Assembly: GCA_038134595.1 (NCBI GenBank)
Contig: JAYPVM010000001.1
Coordinates: forward strand, 64,001-128,000
DNA from: Pseudomonadota bacterium
GTDB taxonomy: Bacteria > Bdellovibrionota_C > UBA2361 > OMII01
Length of the DNA: 64,000 nucleotides
Direction of reading: 5' to 3'
Shown here: piece after piece, positions 1 to 10,318 of the stretch
Layout: each line of letters starts with the position of its first letter
How positions within the stretch are numbered: the first letter of the stretch is position 1
The notes under the pieces: generated by a model
The model's input: only the letters and a program-made list of their open reading frames with translations
Databases searched by the model: none
Told to the model about the DNA's origin: nothing
Made by a program: the position numbers and the translations under genes

Positions 1-2251
1 CAGGTAAATCTTTTACGAGAAAGCTCTTTGAATATTCAAGTAAAGCATCAAAAACCAAGGAGCGCAGGCCAGAATGAACTTGAAGCTCTTCCCGTCTAAT
101 CGCATCAAAAAACTGACTTAAGAACTCCCTTCTTGCCGGGCTTTCAGGATCTCCGATTAATCCATCAGACCACAACTTCAATCGCTTCGCATACCACGGC
201 TGACTTAATGCCGATACGTCATTGCCGCCCATTCCATGTTGCGCGCGCAGAACTCCGTAGCCAGACAGTGTACAGGCTTCAAGATATTTCATTATCGGTA
301 CCGGAAGCGAGTCCTTCACGTGGCCTGGGCTTGCATCATAAATCATCTCGGCAGCAACACTAGCCTCGAATTCCGACTGAACATCGTGCAGAGAAGTTCC
401 TTCTACCTTTACAAGCGAGAGAGCATCATCTAACTGTTTGTTCGTAGACGCTATAAAATCGCTCGCATATGAGGCGACATCTAACCTTGAGCGTCGAAAT
501 ACCAAGCCAAGGCAATGAGCCTGTGCTAGCTCATGTTTTTGCATAGTAGAGAGCAGTCGACCAGCCTCCCTTGCTCCAGCATATGAAGGAGGAAGGATCT
601 CGTCGTCTTGACTTGGCTTGCCCACACGCCTCTTTATGAAAGTATCAGCATGAAACAGTGCATCAAAAACATGTGCCACCCCGAGAACAAACTTTCCCTC
701 TATCGCTGTTTCCTGCGTAGGACGAATAAGCACGGAAATCCCAGCACTATATGACCTTAAGGTCTCCTCGAGTTCCTCTCTCTTTATCATATCATATGAT
801 TCAAGTTCTCGAGGAATTCTTCTAGCCAGCTTTTTCGAGGCTTCCAAAAATCCATCTGCAATAATTGATTGATTGCCAGCGATATAATCATCAACTGGAT
901 AGCGACAGATATCGGAACACTCACATACGTCTTCAGGAAAAAACAATCTTAGGTTTAGAGCGCTCTGTAGATCTCCATTTGCTATAAACTTATCAAATAA
1001 CGGCAGTAGGGTCCTATCGGCAAAAGACTTTCCTGACCTGTTAGTAGATAAGTACTCATCTAAAAAGATTCCACTGCGTTCGGCTACTTCACAAGCAGTT
1101 CGGGTGAAATCTAGTGGAAGACTGGCACCACTTTCCTTACATCGGAGAGCGGTACATAAAATTTCAAGTGTATCAGCATACGAGCGACCTAAGGCCTTCT
1201 GTAAGTATTCCCTAAATCTGGCCTCATAATATTCTATTGGATCGACCTTGTAGTCCATTCTCTGCTGTGTAGTTTTTGGCGCAAGCCTGCAAAAAACTGG
1301 ATCCAGCATAAGATTCTGCTCTTTATAGGAAAGATACTGGCAGAATACAGACATACTGTCATAGAGCTCTTGTAGCTCTGTCTCAATCTGCATATCAAAT
1401 GTCGGCGAGACACTACTCTGGCCTTGCGCTCCAGCACTCGAGGACAATGCCTTCTGCATCGTCTGCAATCTTTCCCTACTAGCCTTGAGGGCTCCGTCAA
1501 AAAATTGCACCGCTGACTCTATTGGAATCCCCCACGAAAGGTCTTCTCTTACTTCGTCCGAGCAAGCCTTCCACAATGAAGGTGGTAAAAAATAACCTTC
1601 TGTAGTGAGGTCCTGAGCAGTCTCAAGGAGCTTATGCTTATCTGCACTCATTTCCGCAGTAGTTGTATCTGCAATAGAAATCAGGGGATCTGTAAACCCC
1701 AATGCTTCCTGATACGCATGCGGTGACGCGCTAAATAGCGGGTCTCGATAGCCCCAAATAACAGAGCGACTGGCTAACATCTGCCACTCATTGAGTGCTT
1801 CTTTGTTCATTTTCTGACAAAGATTGCGGGCCACCGGTTGCAGCCTTTCAGCATATTGGCCCCCTTGAAATCGGTGAAACAGAAGTGGGGCTAGAAGAGT
1901 CGGCGCCAAATGCTCGGCCACAACACTATTACTCAGCATCGCATCAATAAAATTGCCGTGCCTACATATGAAAACATCAAGATCCTCGACGTCATATGAA
2001 GACTTCTCTAATTCTGGTGCATTGAGCGCTAGCCCGATGAGCTTTCGAAGCGGCGTATCCTCGGCCCTCTGCTCGATTTGGTGTGCTGGAGCTGGAATCC
2101 GAACAAGAGCCTTCATGAGATCGGCAAAAGGAGCACTAGCACCCGTGATAGAAGTAGCTACTTGATAAATATCACTTAGGTACTCTAACACCACAGCTTG
2201 GGTATCGCGCGTTGCGCGTGGAGACTTTTTACGGGACTGCTCGGGATTCAT
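1..2251 (-). CDS. Large hypothetical protein (>=750 aa, 3' end beyond the window edge)
   Basis: Hand translation from ATG at 2251 (MNPEQSRKKSPRATRDTQAVVLEYLSDIY...) stays open to base 1 (...FDALLEYSKSFLVKDLP). Absent from the ORF track because it has no stop in the window. No recognisable motif. Confidence 0.85.
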   Translation of the reverse strand, partial: MNPEQSRKKSPRATRDTQAVVLEYLSDIYQVATSITGASAPFADLMKALVRIPAPAHQIEQRAEDTPLRKLIGLALNAPELEKSSYDVEDLDVFICRHGNFIDAMLSNSVVAEHLAPTLLAPLLFHRFQGGQYAERLQPVARNLCQKMNKEALNEWQMLASRSVIWGYRDPLFSASPHAYQEALGFTDPLISIADTTTAEMSADKHKLLETAQDLTTEGYFLPPSLWKACSDEVREDLSWGIPIESAVQFFDGALKASRERLQTMQKALSSSAGAQGQSSVSPTFDMQIETELQELYDSMSVFCQYLSYKEQNLMLDPVFCRLAPKTTQQRMDYKVDPIEYYEARFREYLQKALGRSYADTLEILCTALRCKESGASLPLDFTRTACEVAERSGIFLDEYLSTNRSGKSFADRTLLPLFDKFIANGDLQSALNLRLFFPEDVCECSDICRYPVDDYIAGNQSIIADGFLEASKKLARRIPRELESYDMIKREELEETLRSYSAGISVLIRPTQETAIEGKFVLGVAHVFDALFHADTFIKRRVGKPSQDDEILPPSYAGAREAGRLLSTMQKHELAQAHCLGLVFRRSRLDVASYASDFIASTNKQLDDALSLVKVEGTSLHDVQSEFEASVAAEMIYDASPGHVKDSLPVPIMKYLEACTLSGYGVLRAQHGMGGNDVSALSQPWYAKRLKLWSDGLIGDPESPARREFLSQFFDAIRREELQVHSGLRSLVFDALLEYSKSFLVKDLP

Positions 2252-2494
2252 TGCTATCGATTACCTGTCCAAGATCACATACTTGCCTATAAAAACCATT
2301 CTCTCAATACCCCGTCTACAAAATGGGCAAGGTCACGGTGGCGCACTCCCCGAAGTTGATTGGTTGACGAATTTGTCTACCATACCGCCACTCAATTATC
2401 GACCACTTACTATACTTTTGAGCAAACAAAGCTAAAAAACAGATAAGAACATGTAGCAATCTGATCGCATATGAGCCAATTTAATGAGCTGGCT

Positions 2495-3331
2495 CTACCG
2501 TCCCGCAAAGTCAGTCATGATAGTGTCCGTTCCACGAGTACGAAAGTAGTGCCTAGTGGTTTTTCTATCTAACCTGGAACCAGCTAGATTTATTGAAACC
2601 AACACGCCGTGCTCATGCGCAAGTCTAATAGCATCTGCACTTATCCAGCGCTCCAATTCAACTCCCCAAACGCCAGTTACCAGCGCCTGTCTAAGCTGTG
2701 TCATCGAACGACATCGCGCAACAACTCTTACCGCTCTCGCAGGCTTCGCCAGTCGAATCATCCGTTGGACATCTTTTAATTGAATTACCACATTATCAAA
2801 TGCCCGCATCTTGGTAATAACGCGCAAGACATCCTGCAACAATGAGTCTGACTCTCCCTTTAAATCAAGCTGTAAAGAACTATCAGTTCCTTTAACAAGA
2901 GCCAAAGCATCCTGTAGAGTCGGTATACCGATTGTCCCCTCTCGGTTTAAAAAAACCTTCGCCCGTTCAGTAGCAGAAAGCGTTTCTATCCTCCTACCTC
3001 GGAAGATGCGGGGAGTAAATGAATTTTGAAAAGATACGGTGCTATCGTGAAACAGAAACAGATCTCCTTCTGCACTCCTTCGAACATCTACCTCAAGAAA
3101 ACGCACACCGGCATCAACTGCTTCTTGCAACGCTGGTAGAGAATTATCTGGCAATCCCCTGTGAAGATTCCCCCTGTGTGCCACTTCAAATGAGTCCAAC
3201 GAAGCCTGCTCCAGCAACGGAGGGACATCAAGCATCGAAACTCTTGGACAACATCCAAGCAAAACGACATAAAACCAGATACATGCTATGGAAAACACTC
3301 TTTTCTTCACAATGCGCCTCAAATGAAACAT
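2495..3331 (-). CDS. Glycerophosphodiester phosphodiesterase family protein, probably exported
   Basis: VAHRG, DNSLPAL, FLEVDV, LFHD, IPTL, LDLK and IMTDF motifs, plus a basic-hydrophobic-Cys N-terminus. Start codon uncertain. Confidence 0.88.
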   Translation of the reverse strand: MFHLRRIVKKRVFSIACIWFYVVLLGCCPRVSMLDVPPLLEQASLDSFEVAHRGNLHRGLPDNSLPALQEAVDAGVRFLEVDVRRSAEGDLFLFHDSTVSFQNSFTPRIFRGRRIETLSATERAKVFLNREGTIGIPTLQDALALVKGTDSSLQLDLKGESDSLLQDVLRVITKMRAFDNVVIQLKDVQRMIRLAKPARAVRVVARCRSMTQLRQALVTGVWGVELERWISADAIRLAHEHGVLVSINLAGSRLDRKTTRHYFRTRGTDTIMTDFAGR

Positions 3332-3455
3332 TACACAGCAAGCTCCCACACCACCCCAAGCCCCAACACGGACCTGATTTTGGTTTCTAGCACAAGATGT
3401 TTCGCAAGTTTCTATTTATAATAACAAGCTAATGGCTGCTCAAACAGCATCAAAG

Positions 3456-3929
3456 TCAGAGAGCGCTCCTCGTCCATGCAGTCGAAAGAGCATCTGCATA
3501 TTCATTCCACAACCATCCATTATGCGCCTTTATCCACTGAAGCTTTACCCCAGGTTTGGCCTTGTGCAGTGCATATAACTCTTGAACGAGCTCAAGATTA
3601 GCTATCGGACCCGAGCTACGTCTCCACCCTCTTCGCTCCCATGAAGGTGCCCATTCATTGATTGTTTTTACACAAAGCTGACTATCGGAATGAATCGTGA
3701 CAGTAGCGTCGGCTGGCAGCATCGTAAACGCTTTGATGAGCGCAGTAAGCTCCATTCTGTTATTCGTTGTATCGGCATCGTATCCATGGTCTTGTCCCTG
3801 TATGTCGCCATCAACGACGTATACATATCCCCATCCACCTGGACCGGGATTAGGCTGACAACCCCCATCAGTAAAAACTCCTGACTGGGGACCTTCGGAA
3901 TACGCCTGCAATACCTCTTCAAGAGTCAT
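3456..3929 (-). CDS. rnhA: Ribonuclease HI
   Basis: FTDGGCQPNPGPGGWG, TTNNRMEL, SDSQ, WIKAH and NEYAD motifs. Confidence 0.95.
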   Translation of the reverse strand: MTLEEVLQAYSEGPQSGVFTDGGCQPNPGPGGWGYVYVVDGDIQGQDHGYDADTTNNRMELTALIKAFTMLPADATVTIHSDSQLCVKTINEWAPSWERRGWRRSSGPIANLELVQELYALHKAKPGVKLQWIKAHNGWLWNEYADALSTAWTRSAL

Positions 3930-3950
3930 AAAAAATACTTCCTGATACTA

Positions 3951-4547
3951 CTAGGCGACTTTCTTTCGCAAGCGATTCATAAGGCCGGAGAACTCCTCTT
4001 TTCTGATTATCCCTGAGAATTCATTGCGATAGTTTGCAACCAGACCGATATTCTCAATTACCACGTCGTACACCTGCCAAACGTTATCTTTGAGAGCCAT
4101 TTTATAGTTTATGGGAAACTTATCACCCTTACTGAAGACTACCGTCTTCACAATTGCACGCGGAATTCTCACTTGCTCGCCCTTTACCTTAACCATACCG
4201 GGCTTTACCGTTTCGATTTTTGAAAGATATGTCCGGGCAAGTAGCTCTGAAAAAACTTCCGTAAATTCATTTTGCTGTTCAGACGTAATCGCTTTCCAAT
4301 TAGGACCAAGTGAGCGCTTTGCCATTTCAGCGAAATCAAACCTTGGATTAATGAGCTCTCGTAACTTCGTCCTCCGAATCTCACGCTGTTCGTCTGCACT
4401 ATAGGTATTAGCTATCTCAATAATAGAATCAACCGTCTTTTCCATTTCAGCGCTCGGCGAGGGCGTGCTTCCAGCAGGCTTTGCGTACGCCCCTGACACA
4501 GCGCACAGAAGCGTTATTCCCATAAGCACAATAAATTTCTTTATCAT
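3951..4547 (-). CDS. mlaC: MlaC/Ttg2D periplasmic phospholipid-binding protein
   Basis: Signal peptide; FDFAEMAKRSLG and WQVYDVVIENIGLVANYRNEF; operon context. Confidence 0.92.
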   Translation of the reverse strand: MIKKFIVLMGITLLCAVSGAYAKPAGSTPSPSAEMEKTVDSIIEIANTYSADEQREIRRTKLRELINPRFDFAEMAKRSLGPNWKAITSEQQNEFTEVFSELLARTYLSKIETVKPGMVKVKGEQVRIPRAIVKTVVFSKGDKFPINYKMALKDNVWQVYDVVIENIGLVANYRNEFSGIIRKEEFSGLMNRLRKKVA

Positions 4548-4552
4548 TTGAA

Positions 4553-5176
4553 TTATTCCCTCTCTTTTTTCGTAGCCTTACTATCCACCACACTCGTAGC
4601 ACCACGCTCTGAGATTTCCTGTTCTAATTCGTCGGAAACAACTTCCGAGTCGTCATCAACCGAATCCTCTTCCTTGTCATCCCCGGTTAAGCTATGAACG
4701 ACCTTTCCGATGACGTCTTCGATATCCACTACTGACTCAGTCTCAAAAAGAGTTCCGCCCTCGGGAACAAACGTATCTGAGGCACCCCGTGAAATCTTAA
4801 CGTATCGGTCACCGATAATACCCTTGGTGCGTATCGACGCAATGTCATCATCTTTAATACGAACGGCGCGATTAAGTTTAAGAGCGACCCGCGCAACAGG
4901 ATCATTTAGGTTAATATCTGAAACAACTCCTATCGGAACCCCTGCGATCTCTACTGAAGCCCCATATTTCAAGCCAGAGATATTATCGAATTCTGCATAT
5001 ATCGTATAATTATCACTATCGTTTAATTCCAAACCTGCCAATCCTACTGCCAGATATGCTGCGGCCGCTACCCCTGCTGCGGCAAATAACCCGACAAAGA
5101 ATTCAAGTGATATGGATCTTTTAGGCACCGGTATTTGTGGTGCGTTGTCCTTATTATTGAATTTTGATTGGTCCAT
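4553..5176 (-). CDS. mlaD: MlaD MCE-domain protein
   Basis: TM anchor; FDNISGLKYGASVEIAGVPIG and IRTKGIIGDRYV. Start uncertain (overlaps the mlaF 3' end). Confidence 0.9.
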   Translation of the reverse strand: MDQSKFNNKDNAPQIPVPKRSISLEFFVGLFAAAGVAAAAYLAVGLAGLELNDSDNYTIYAEFDNISGLKYGASVEIAGVPIGVVSDINLNDPVARVALKLNRAVRIKDDDIASIRTKGIIGDRYVKISRGASDTFVPEGGTLFETESVVDIEDVIGKVVHSLTGDDKEEDSVDDDSEVVSDELEQEISERGATSVVDSKATKKERE

Positions 5177-5903
5177 CAGTTCTCCCATTTAGAAACTGCT
5201 GTACAGCAGGATGCGCTGAGCTTATCAGATCCTCAGGTGTTCCTTCTATTACTATCTCACCTCCAAGGATCATAGCAACTCGATCTGATACCTGAAAGAC
5301 CTCCGGCAGCTCGTGGCTAATAACTATCCCTGTAAAGCCCCAGCGATTCTTGCAAGCATTGATAAGGTCATACACCTCCTGACCATCAAGGGGATCGAGG
5401 CCAGTATTTGGCTCATCTATCAATAAAATTGACGGTTCGGTTATCAATGCGCGCGCCATTCCCACTCTCTTTCGGATGCCGATAGATACCTGCTCCGGAA
5501 ATCGATGAAGATAAGGCGTTAAACTGAGGGACTCGGCCATTTCTAGTACCGCACTATGAGCACTTCTCGCACTTTTATGAAGTCGCTCTCGTAGCGAGAA
5601 CGCGATATTGTCATAAATCGTAAGGGAATCAAATAAAGCTGCCGATTGAAATAAAACTCCGAGCTCTTGTCGTATGGAATTTTTCATGCCCTCAGAGTGC
5701 GCATCGGTAATACTCCTATCACCCACAAAGATGCTTCCGCTATCAGGGGTCATAATGCCCATAATCAATTTTAAAAGCACTGATTTACCAACGCCACTAG
5801 GCCCGACGATTGCCGTTGTTTTGCCAGGCTCAATATCTAGAGATACTCCCCGCAAGACACACTGAGAGCCAAAACTTTTGTACACGTCGCGAATCGATAT
5901 CAT
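5154..5903 (-). CDS. mlaF: MlaF ABC ATPase
   Basis: Walker A GPSGVGKS, FQSAALFDSL, Walker B LLIDEP and SHE H-loop. Confidence 0.92.
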   Translation of the reverse strand: MISIRDVYKSFGSQCVLRGVSLDIEPGKTTAIVGPSGVGKSVLLKLIMGIMTPDSGSIFVGDRSITDAHSEGMKNSIRQELGVLFQSAALFDSLTIYDNIAFSLRERLHKSARSAHSAVLEMAESLSLTPYLHRFPEQVSIGIRKRVGMARALITEPSILLIDEPNTGLDPLDGQEVYDLINACKNRWGFTGIVISHELPEVFQVSDRVAMILGGEIVIEGTPEDLISSAHPAVQQFLNGRTDGPIKIQ

Positions 5904-5908
5904 ATGCG

Positions 5909-6700
5909 CTACTGCATGAACACTCGCGTAAGAACACTTGTCAGGAAGTAATCAACGATTAATACCGCTACAGAGGCCGTTACCACCGATTGAGTCGTCG
6001 CCTTGTTTACACCCTGCGCTCCAAAACCACACGTATACCCCTTGTAGCAACTCACCCATCCAAAAATGAGACCAAATACGACTGCTTTAATGAAGCCTGA
6101 ATATACATCTACAAGGCCAACTGCGGACTCAATCTGAGACATAAATGTGCCAGAGCTAAGACCCAAAAGTCCAACCGCAACGATGTAGCCCCCAAAGATA
6201 CCAACTACATTAAACATCCCACACAGCAGAGGCATCGCTATCACACCTGCAACAAGCCGAGGAGCCATAAGATACCGAATCGGATCAACGGCCATGGAGC
6301 GTAATGCATCTATCTGCTCGGTGATGCGCATTATTCCAACTTCTGCAGTAACTGCAGAGCCAGCTCGACCAATTACCATAAGTGCGGTCAAAACAGGGCC
6401 AAGTTCCCTGATTAAACTAAGGGCAACTGCCGGACCGGTATACGCATTGGCTCCAAACTTTGACAGAGTATACTCCCCTTGAACCGCCAAAACAGCTCCC
6501 GTAAACAGCCCTATAAGGCCAATCACCAATGACGAATTAACACCTATTTGGAGGACCTGTTGAAAATACAAATAAGGTCGAAATGGAGGTCGAAAAAGAG
6601 CCGAGAGAATTCGAACTAAAAATATACAGGACTTTCCCCAACGCTCAGTCGTCTCAATAACAAACGAGCCAAACTGCTCCGTAGTTCTTACGATGTTCAT
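5909..6700 (-). CDS. mlaE: MlaE ABC permease
   Basis: RELGPVLTALMVIGRAGS, EQIDAL and ATTQSVV. Start taken at ATG 6700, just after the rlmE stop. Confidence 0.93.
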   Translation of the reverse strand: MNIVRTTEQFGSFVIETTERWGKSCIFLVRILSALFRPPFRPYLYFQQVLQIGVNSSLVIGLIGLFTGAVLAVQGEYTLSKFGANAYTGPAVALSLIRELGPVLTALMVIGRAGSAVTAEVGIMRITEQIDALRSMAVDPIRYLMAPRLVAGVIAMPLLCGMFNVVGIFGGYIVAVGLLGLSSGTFMSQIESAVGLVDVYSGFIKAVVFGLIFGWVSCYKGYTCGFGAQGVNKATTQSVVTASVAVLIVDYFLTSVLTRVFMQ

Positions 6701-6707
6701 AGACTGC

Positions 6708-7310
6708 TTATCCGATCTGGGACCGCTTGAATCCAAGTCCTATAACATAAAATTCATTCGAAGTCTTACGCGTAGATTTGAGTTCGGTTCGAATCAGCTT
6801 ATTAAACATCGGTCGAGCACTTTTCACAAATGTTTCTACTTGCCCACCTTTAAAAACCTTCGCCGCAAAATTTCCTCCCTCACATAGAAACTGTTGCGCA
6901 ACGTAGAGTGCCAACTCAGCACATGCAACCGTACCTGCCTGGTCAGCCTCCTTTATTCCTGTTAGCTTCGGCGACATATCGGAGATGACACAATCAAACA
7001 AAGGTTCATCCGCTTTTAGTAATGACGCCAAATCTCGAGCATCCCCTTCAAGCAAGGTACAGCGAGGATCATCGATGGGGTCAACTGCCTGCAGATCAAT
7101 TCCCACAACAGTACCCCGCTGACCAACATACTCGAGCGAAACCTGCGTCCAGCCACCCGGCCAAGCCCCAACATCAAGCACACGCCCCCCCTTGGGAATA
7201 ATGCTATATGACTTCTGTATCTCTTTTAGTTTATACGCGGCTCTGGAGCGATATCCGGACTCTTTTGCTTTCTGATAGAGGTGATCTTTTCGATTATACT
7301 TAGATGACAT
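6708..7310 (-). CDS. rlmE: 23S rRNA Um2552 methyltransferase
   Basis: YRSRAAYKL, DVGAWPGGW, SDMSP, KVF and SNEFY (K-D-K-E tetrad). Confidence 0.95.
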   Translation of the reverse strand: MSSKYNRKDHLYQKAKESGYRSRAAYKLKEIQKSYSIIPKGGRVLDVGAWPGGWTQVSLEYVGQRGTVVGIDLQAVDPIDDPRCTLLEGDARDLASLLKADEPLFDCVISDMSPKLTGIKEADQAGTVACAELALYVAQQFLCEGGNFAAKVFKGGQVETFVKSARPMFNKLIRTELKSTRKTSNEFYVIGLGFKRSQIG

Positions 7311-7701
7311 GACATAAAGCCTAGCAATCTCTGCGCTAAATTGCACTTAGGCAACACTTAGCTTCGTAGAGCAGTTAGTTTTCCACACCCCGTCAGACGC
7401 AATAAGTAGATATATTTCAACATGTTATGACCAGCCAAAACAACTTACCCACATACATTTCCACAGGTTGCGCCACCCTCTCAGCATATGCCCGATCTAC
7501 AACAAGCAGAGTTTATAAAATGCAATCATATTCAAGCATTAAACATGTTTGATATATCTAACTTACCCTATACAATAAAAATCTAAATTTTAACTACCAA
7601 CCAATTGACCTATGATACAAGCACAGGATATATACCTAAGAGCTTATTAATTGTGAGTAGGTCAAAAGAAAGTTTCGGTTTACATCTGATTCGTTTTGAA
7701 A

Positions 7702-7965
7702 ATGAAAGAGAACAACAAATCCCATTTAAGCTCAGAATGCAGCCTAACTGCTCTTGGAACAGGGCAGAAGGCAATGGTCTCGGCAATAAAGGGCTGTCCA
7801 TCTTCCCTTCTTCAAAAGCTCGTCTCAATGGGTGTTGTCAACGGTACTGAAGTAACCGTTACGCAAAGGGGGCTCTTTGGATCTCCTATTAACATCGACG
7901 TCTTAGGATCAGTTCTATCCTTACGAAGGGCTGAGGCTGCATACATCCACGTTCAAGCCCTCTAG
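7702..7965 (+). CDS. feoA: Ferrous iron transport protein A
   Basis: KLVSMGVVNG and GLFGSPI...LSLRRAEA; lies upstream of feoB. Confidence 0.9.
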   Translation: MKENNKSHLSSECSLTALGTGQKAMVSAIKGCPSSLLQKLVSMGVVNGTEVTVTQRGLFGSPINIDVLGSVLSLRRAEAAYIHVQAL

Positions 7966-8075
7966 GCCGTTTTTCTTATAAGAGCTCTTTTGTACCGAAC
8001 GGTTTTCGAAAGCCTCTGCAACCAAGTAATTTATATGCGAAGTACTGCCATCCCAAAACATGGAATAACTTTGTA

Positions 8076-10043
8076 ATGGTCTCTTCAACTCAGCATAGGC
8101 AGAACGAATCCCTCCCTCTCGTTGCACTCGTAGGAAATCCCAATTGCGGAAAAACGACCCTGTTTAATGTACTCACGAATTCTAACTACAAAGTTAGCAA
8201 TTACCCCGGTGTAACAGTTGAGAGGAAAGAGGGATCGCTACTAGTCGACGAGCAATTACGGGTTAGACTCCTCGATCTTCCCGGAACGTATGCATTATCT
8301 GGGCTTACCGCTGATGAAGCAATCGTTACTCAGGTTCTACAAGGCTCGGTTAGCTCATGCGGTAAACCCGATTTAATCATTGCTGTAGTTGATGCCGCAA
8401 ACCTTGAGCGAAATCTATACGTGGTCTCAGAACTTCTCGATACAGACCTACCCATCGTTATAGCACTGACAATGATGGATGTCGTTGACCAGCGGGGGGA
8501 TAAAATATACGTAGACCTCCTCGCTCGCATGCTCGGAATTCCGATCATTCCGCTTGTCGCCAGAAAAGGCCAAGGAATCTCCGATCTAAAACAAGCTCTA
8601 ATCAATTCACTTGCATCAACTCTCCCAACTCACAAGCCTCACGCATGGCTTCCAGAGAATGCTGGTAATCGCTCTAAACTACTCTCAGCCTCCTCTCCAC
8701 TGCAACCTCCGCCCGAAGATGACGAAGTCCTCACCTCAATTGCAACGATGCGCTATGCCTGGGCACGCACTATCAACAAAAAGGTGTCGGTCCGAAGCAC
8801 TGACAGACCTTCACCAAACAAACTCGACTCGATCCTAACGAGTTCTCTTTGGGGAATTCCTATTTTAATAACGTTATTTACCTTCATTTTTCAGGCCATA
8901 TTTCTATGGGCGCAGGCTCCCATGGATCTCATTACCAACACCCTCGACACGCTAGCCTCAACGCTTGCGTCGAAGCTTCCTCCAGGGATACTTACAAGTC
9001 TTGTAACGGAAGGAATCATTCCCGGCGTAGGAAACGTACTCGTCTTTGTGCCACAAATAGCGATACTATCGCTGTGCATCGGCTTTCTTGAGGATTCGGG
9101 ATACCTGTCTCGTGCAACGTTTTTACTCGATAATTTCATGCGTAAAGTTGGCCTTCAAGGACGTGCTTTTATTCCGCTACTTTCTTCTTTTGCATGTGCA
9201 GTTCCCGGTATTTTAGCAACTCGGACGATTCCGACTCGAATGGATCGATTCATTACTATCATGATTGCCCCGCTCATGAGCTGTAGCGCCAGACTACCGA
9301 TCTACATCCTTCTTATCGGTGTTATTATTCCCCCAACGGCTATATGGGGATTTCTATCTCTTCAGGGATTAGTACTAATGTCGCTGTATCTCCTAGGCGC
9401 CTTGGCAGCATGCATCGTTGCTTTCATATTCAAAAAAACCTTCAGAAAAAGAGAGAGCTGTTTTTTTGTCATGGAAATGCCGCCTCTTCGACTTCCAATG
9501 ATGCAGGTAGTACTCCGCAATGCTTACGATGCCGTGAGTTCTTTTATAAAAAGCGCCGCGACTATTATTCTTGCATGCTCTGTTATTGTATGGTTTTTAG
9601 CCTCATACCCCAAACCTTCCAATCCTGGAGAGCATTTCATTGCCCAAGAGACCTATGCTGGAAAAATTGGAACCGCTTTAGAGCCTGCAATACGGCCTCT
9701 GGGCTTTAACTGGGAGATAGGCTTTGGAATTATATCGTCTTTTCCGGCCCGCGAAGTCTTTATTACAGGACTCTCAACTGTGTTAAACATTCAAGATGAT
9801 GAAACGCACGCGGCTCTCAAAACACACCTTCAAAAACGGCGTGCCCAAGGTGACTTCTCGACCGCTACAGGCCTTTCACTACTGATTTTTTACGTCTTTT
9901 CATGCCAATGCATGTCGACATTGGCCGCATGTCGGCGCGAAACAAATTCATGGAGATGGACGATGGCAATGTTTGTCTATATGACCTCGCTTGCATATGT
10001 AGCCTCACTCGTTACATACCAGTTAGCTTCGGCACTGTTGTAA
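8076..10043 (+). CDS. feoB: Ferrous iron transporter B
   Basis: GNPNCGKT, NYPGVTVE, DLPGTY, FACAVPG, MSCSARLP and CQCMSTL; multiple TM segments. Confidence 0.97.
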   Translation: MVSSTQHRQNESLPLVALVGNPNCGKTTLFNVLTNSNYKVSNYPGVTVERKEGSLLVDEQLRVRLLDLPGTYALSGLTADEAIVTQVLQGSVSSCGKPDLIIAVVDAANLERNLYVVSELLDTDLPIVIALTMMDVVDQRGDKIYVDLLARMLGIPIIPLVARKGQGISDLKQALINSLASTLPTHKPHAWLPENAGNRSKLLSASSPLQPPPEDDEVLTSIATMRYAWARTINKKVSVRSTDRPSPNKLDSILTSSLWGIPILITLFTFIFQAIFLWAQAPMDLITNTLDTLASTLASKLPPGILTSLVTEGIIPGVGNVLVFVPQIAILSLCIGFLEDSGYLSRATFLLDNFMRKVGLQGRAFIPLLSSFACAVPGILATRTIPTRMDRFITIMIAPLMSCSARLPIYILLIGVIIPPTAIWGFLSLQGLVLMSLYLLGALAACIVAFIFKKTFRKRESCFFVMEMPPLRLPMMQVVLRNAYDAVSSFIKSAATIILACSVIVWFLASYPKPSNPGEHFIAQETYAGKIGTALEPAIRPLGFNWEIGFGIISSFPAREVFITGLSTVLNIQDDETHAALKTHLQKRRAQGDFSTATGLSLLIFYVFSCQCMSTLAACRRETNSWRWTMAMFVYMTSLAYVASLVTYQLASALL

Positions 10044-10154
10044 AACACAGCACGCCATGTTTTCAATCACTCACTACTTTCATATCAAGCTAAGTATCAG
10101 TATACTTAGGAATTAAGCAGAGAGACAAAAACATCCATAAGGAACATCTAGCTT

Positions 10155-10292
10155 ATGCAAAGAATCATTGCGATTTTCATTCTTCTCTACGCTATCGCAT
10201 ACGTCCTTCGTAGAGCCGGTTACTCGATAACCTTAACAAAACACAATCCGCCCAACCGCCGATGCGGTGGTGGCGGTTGCGGCTGCAACTAA
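10155..10292 (+). CDS. FeoB-associated Cys-rich small membrane protein (45 aa)
   Basis: Hand translation [45 protein letters not shown]: one TM helix plus a Cys/Gly tail, downstream of feoB, with AAGGA upstream. Confidence 0.8.
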   Translation: MQRIIAIFILLYAIAYVLRRAGYSITLTKHNPPNRRCGGGGCGCN

Positions 10293-10318
10293 TAACTCAC
10301 ACATTCAAAAGGCATACT

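Noticed and set aside
133..2165. Short track ORFs in the first 2.2 kb
   Set aside because: Shadows of the long minus-strand ORF 1..2251.
7347..7701. Fur box upstream of feoA
   Set aside because: AT-rich, but no convincing match to the 19-bp consensus.
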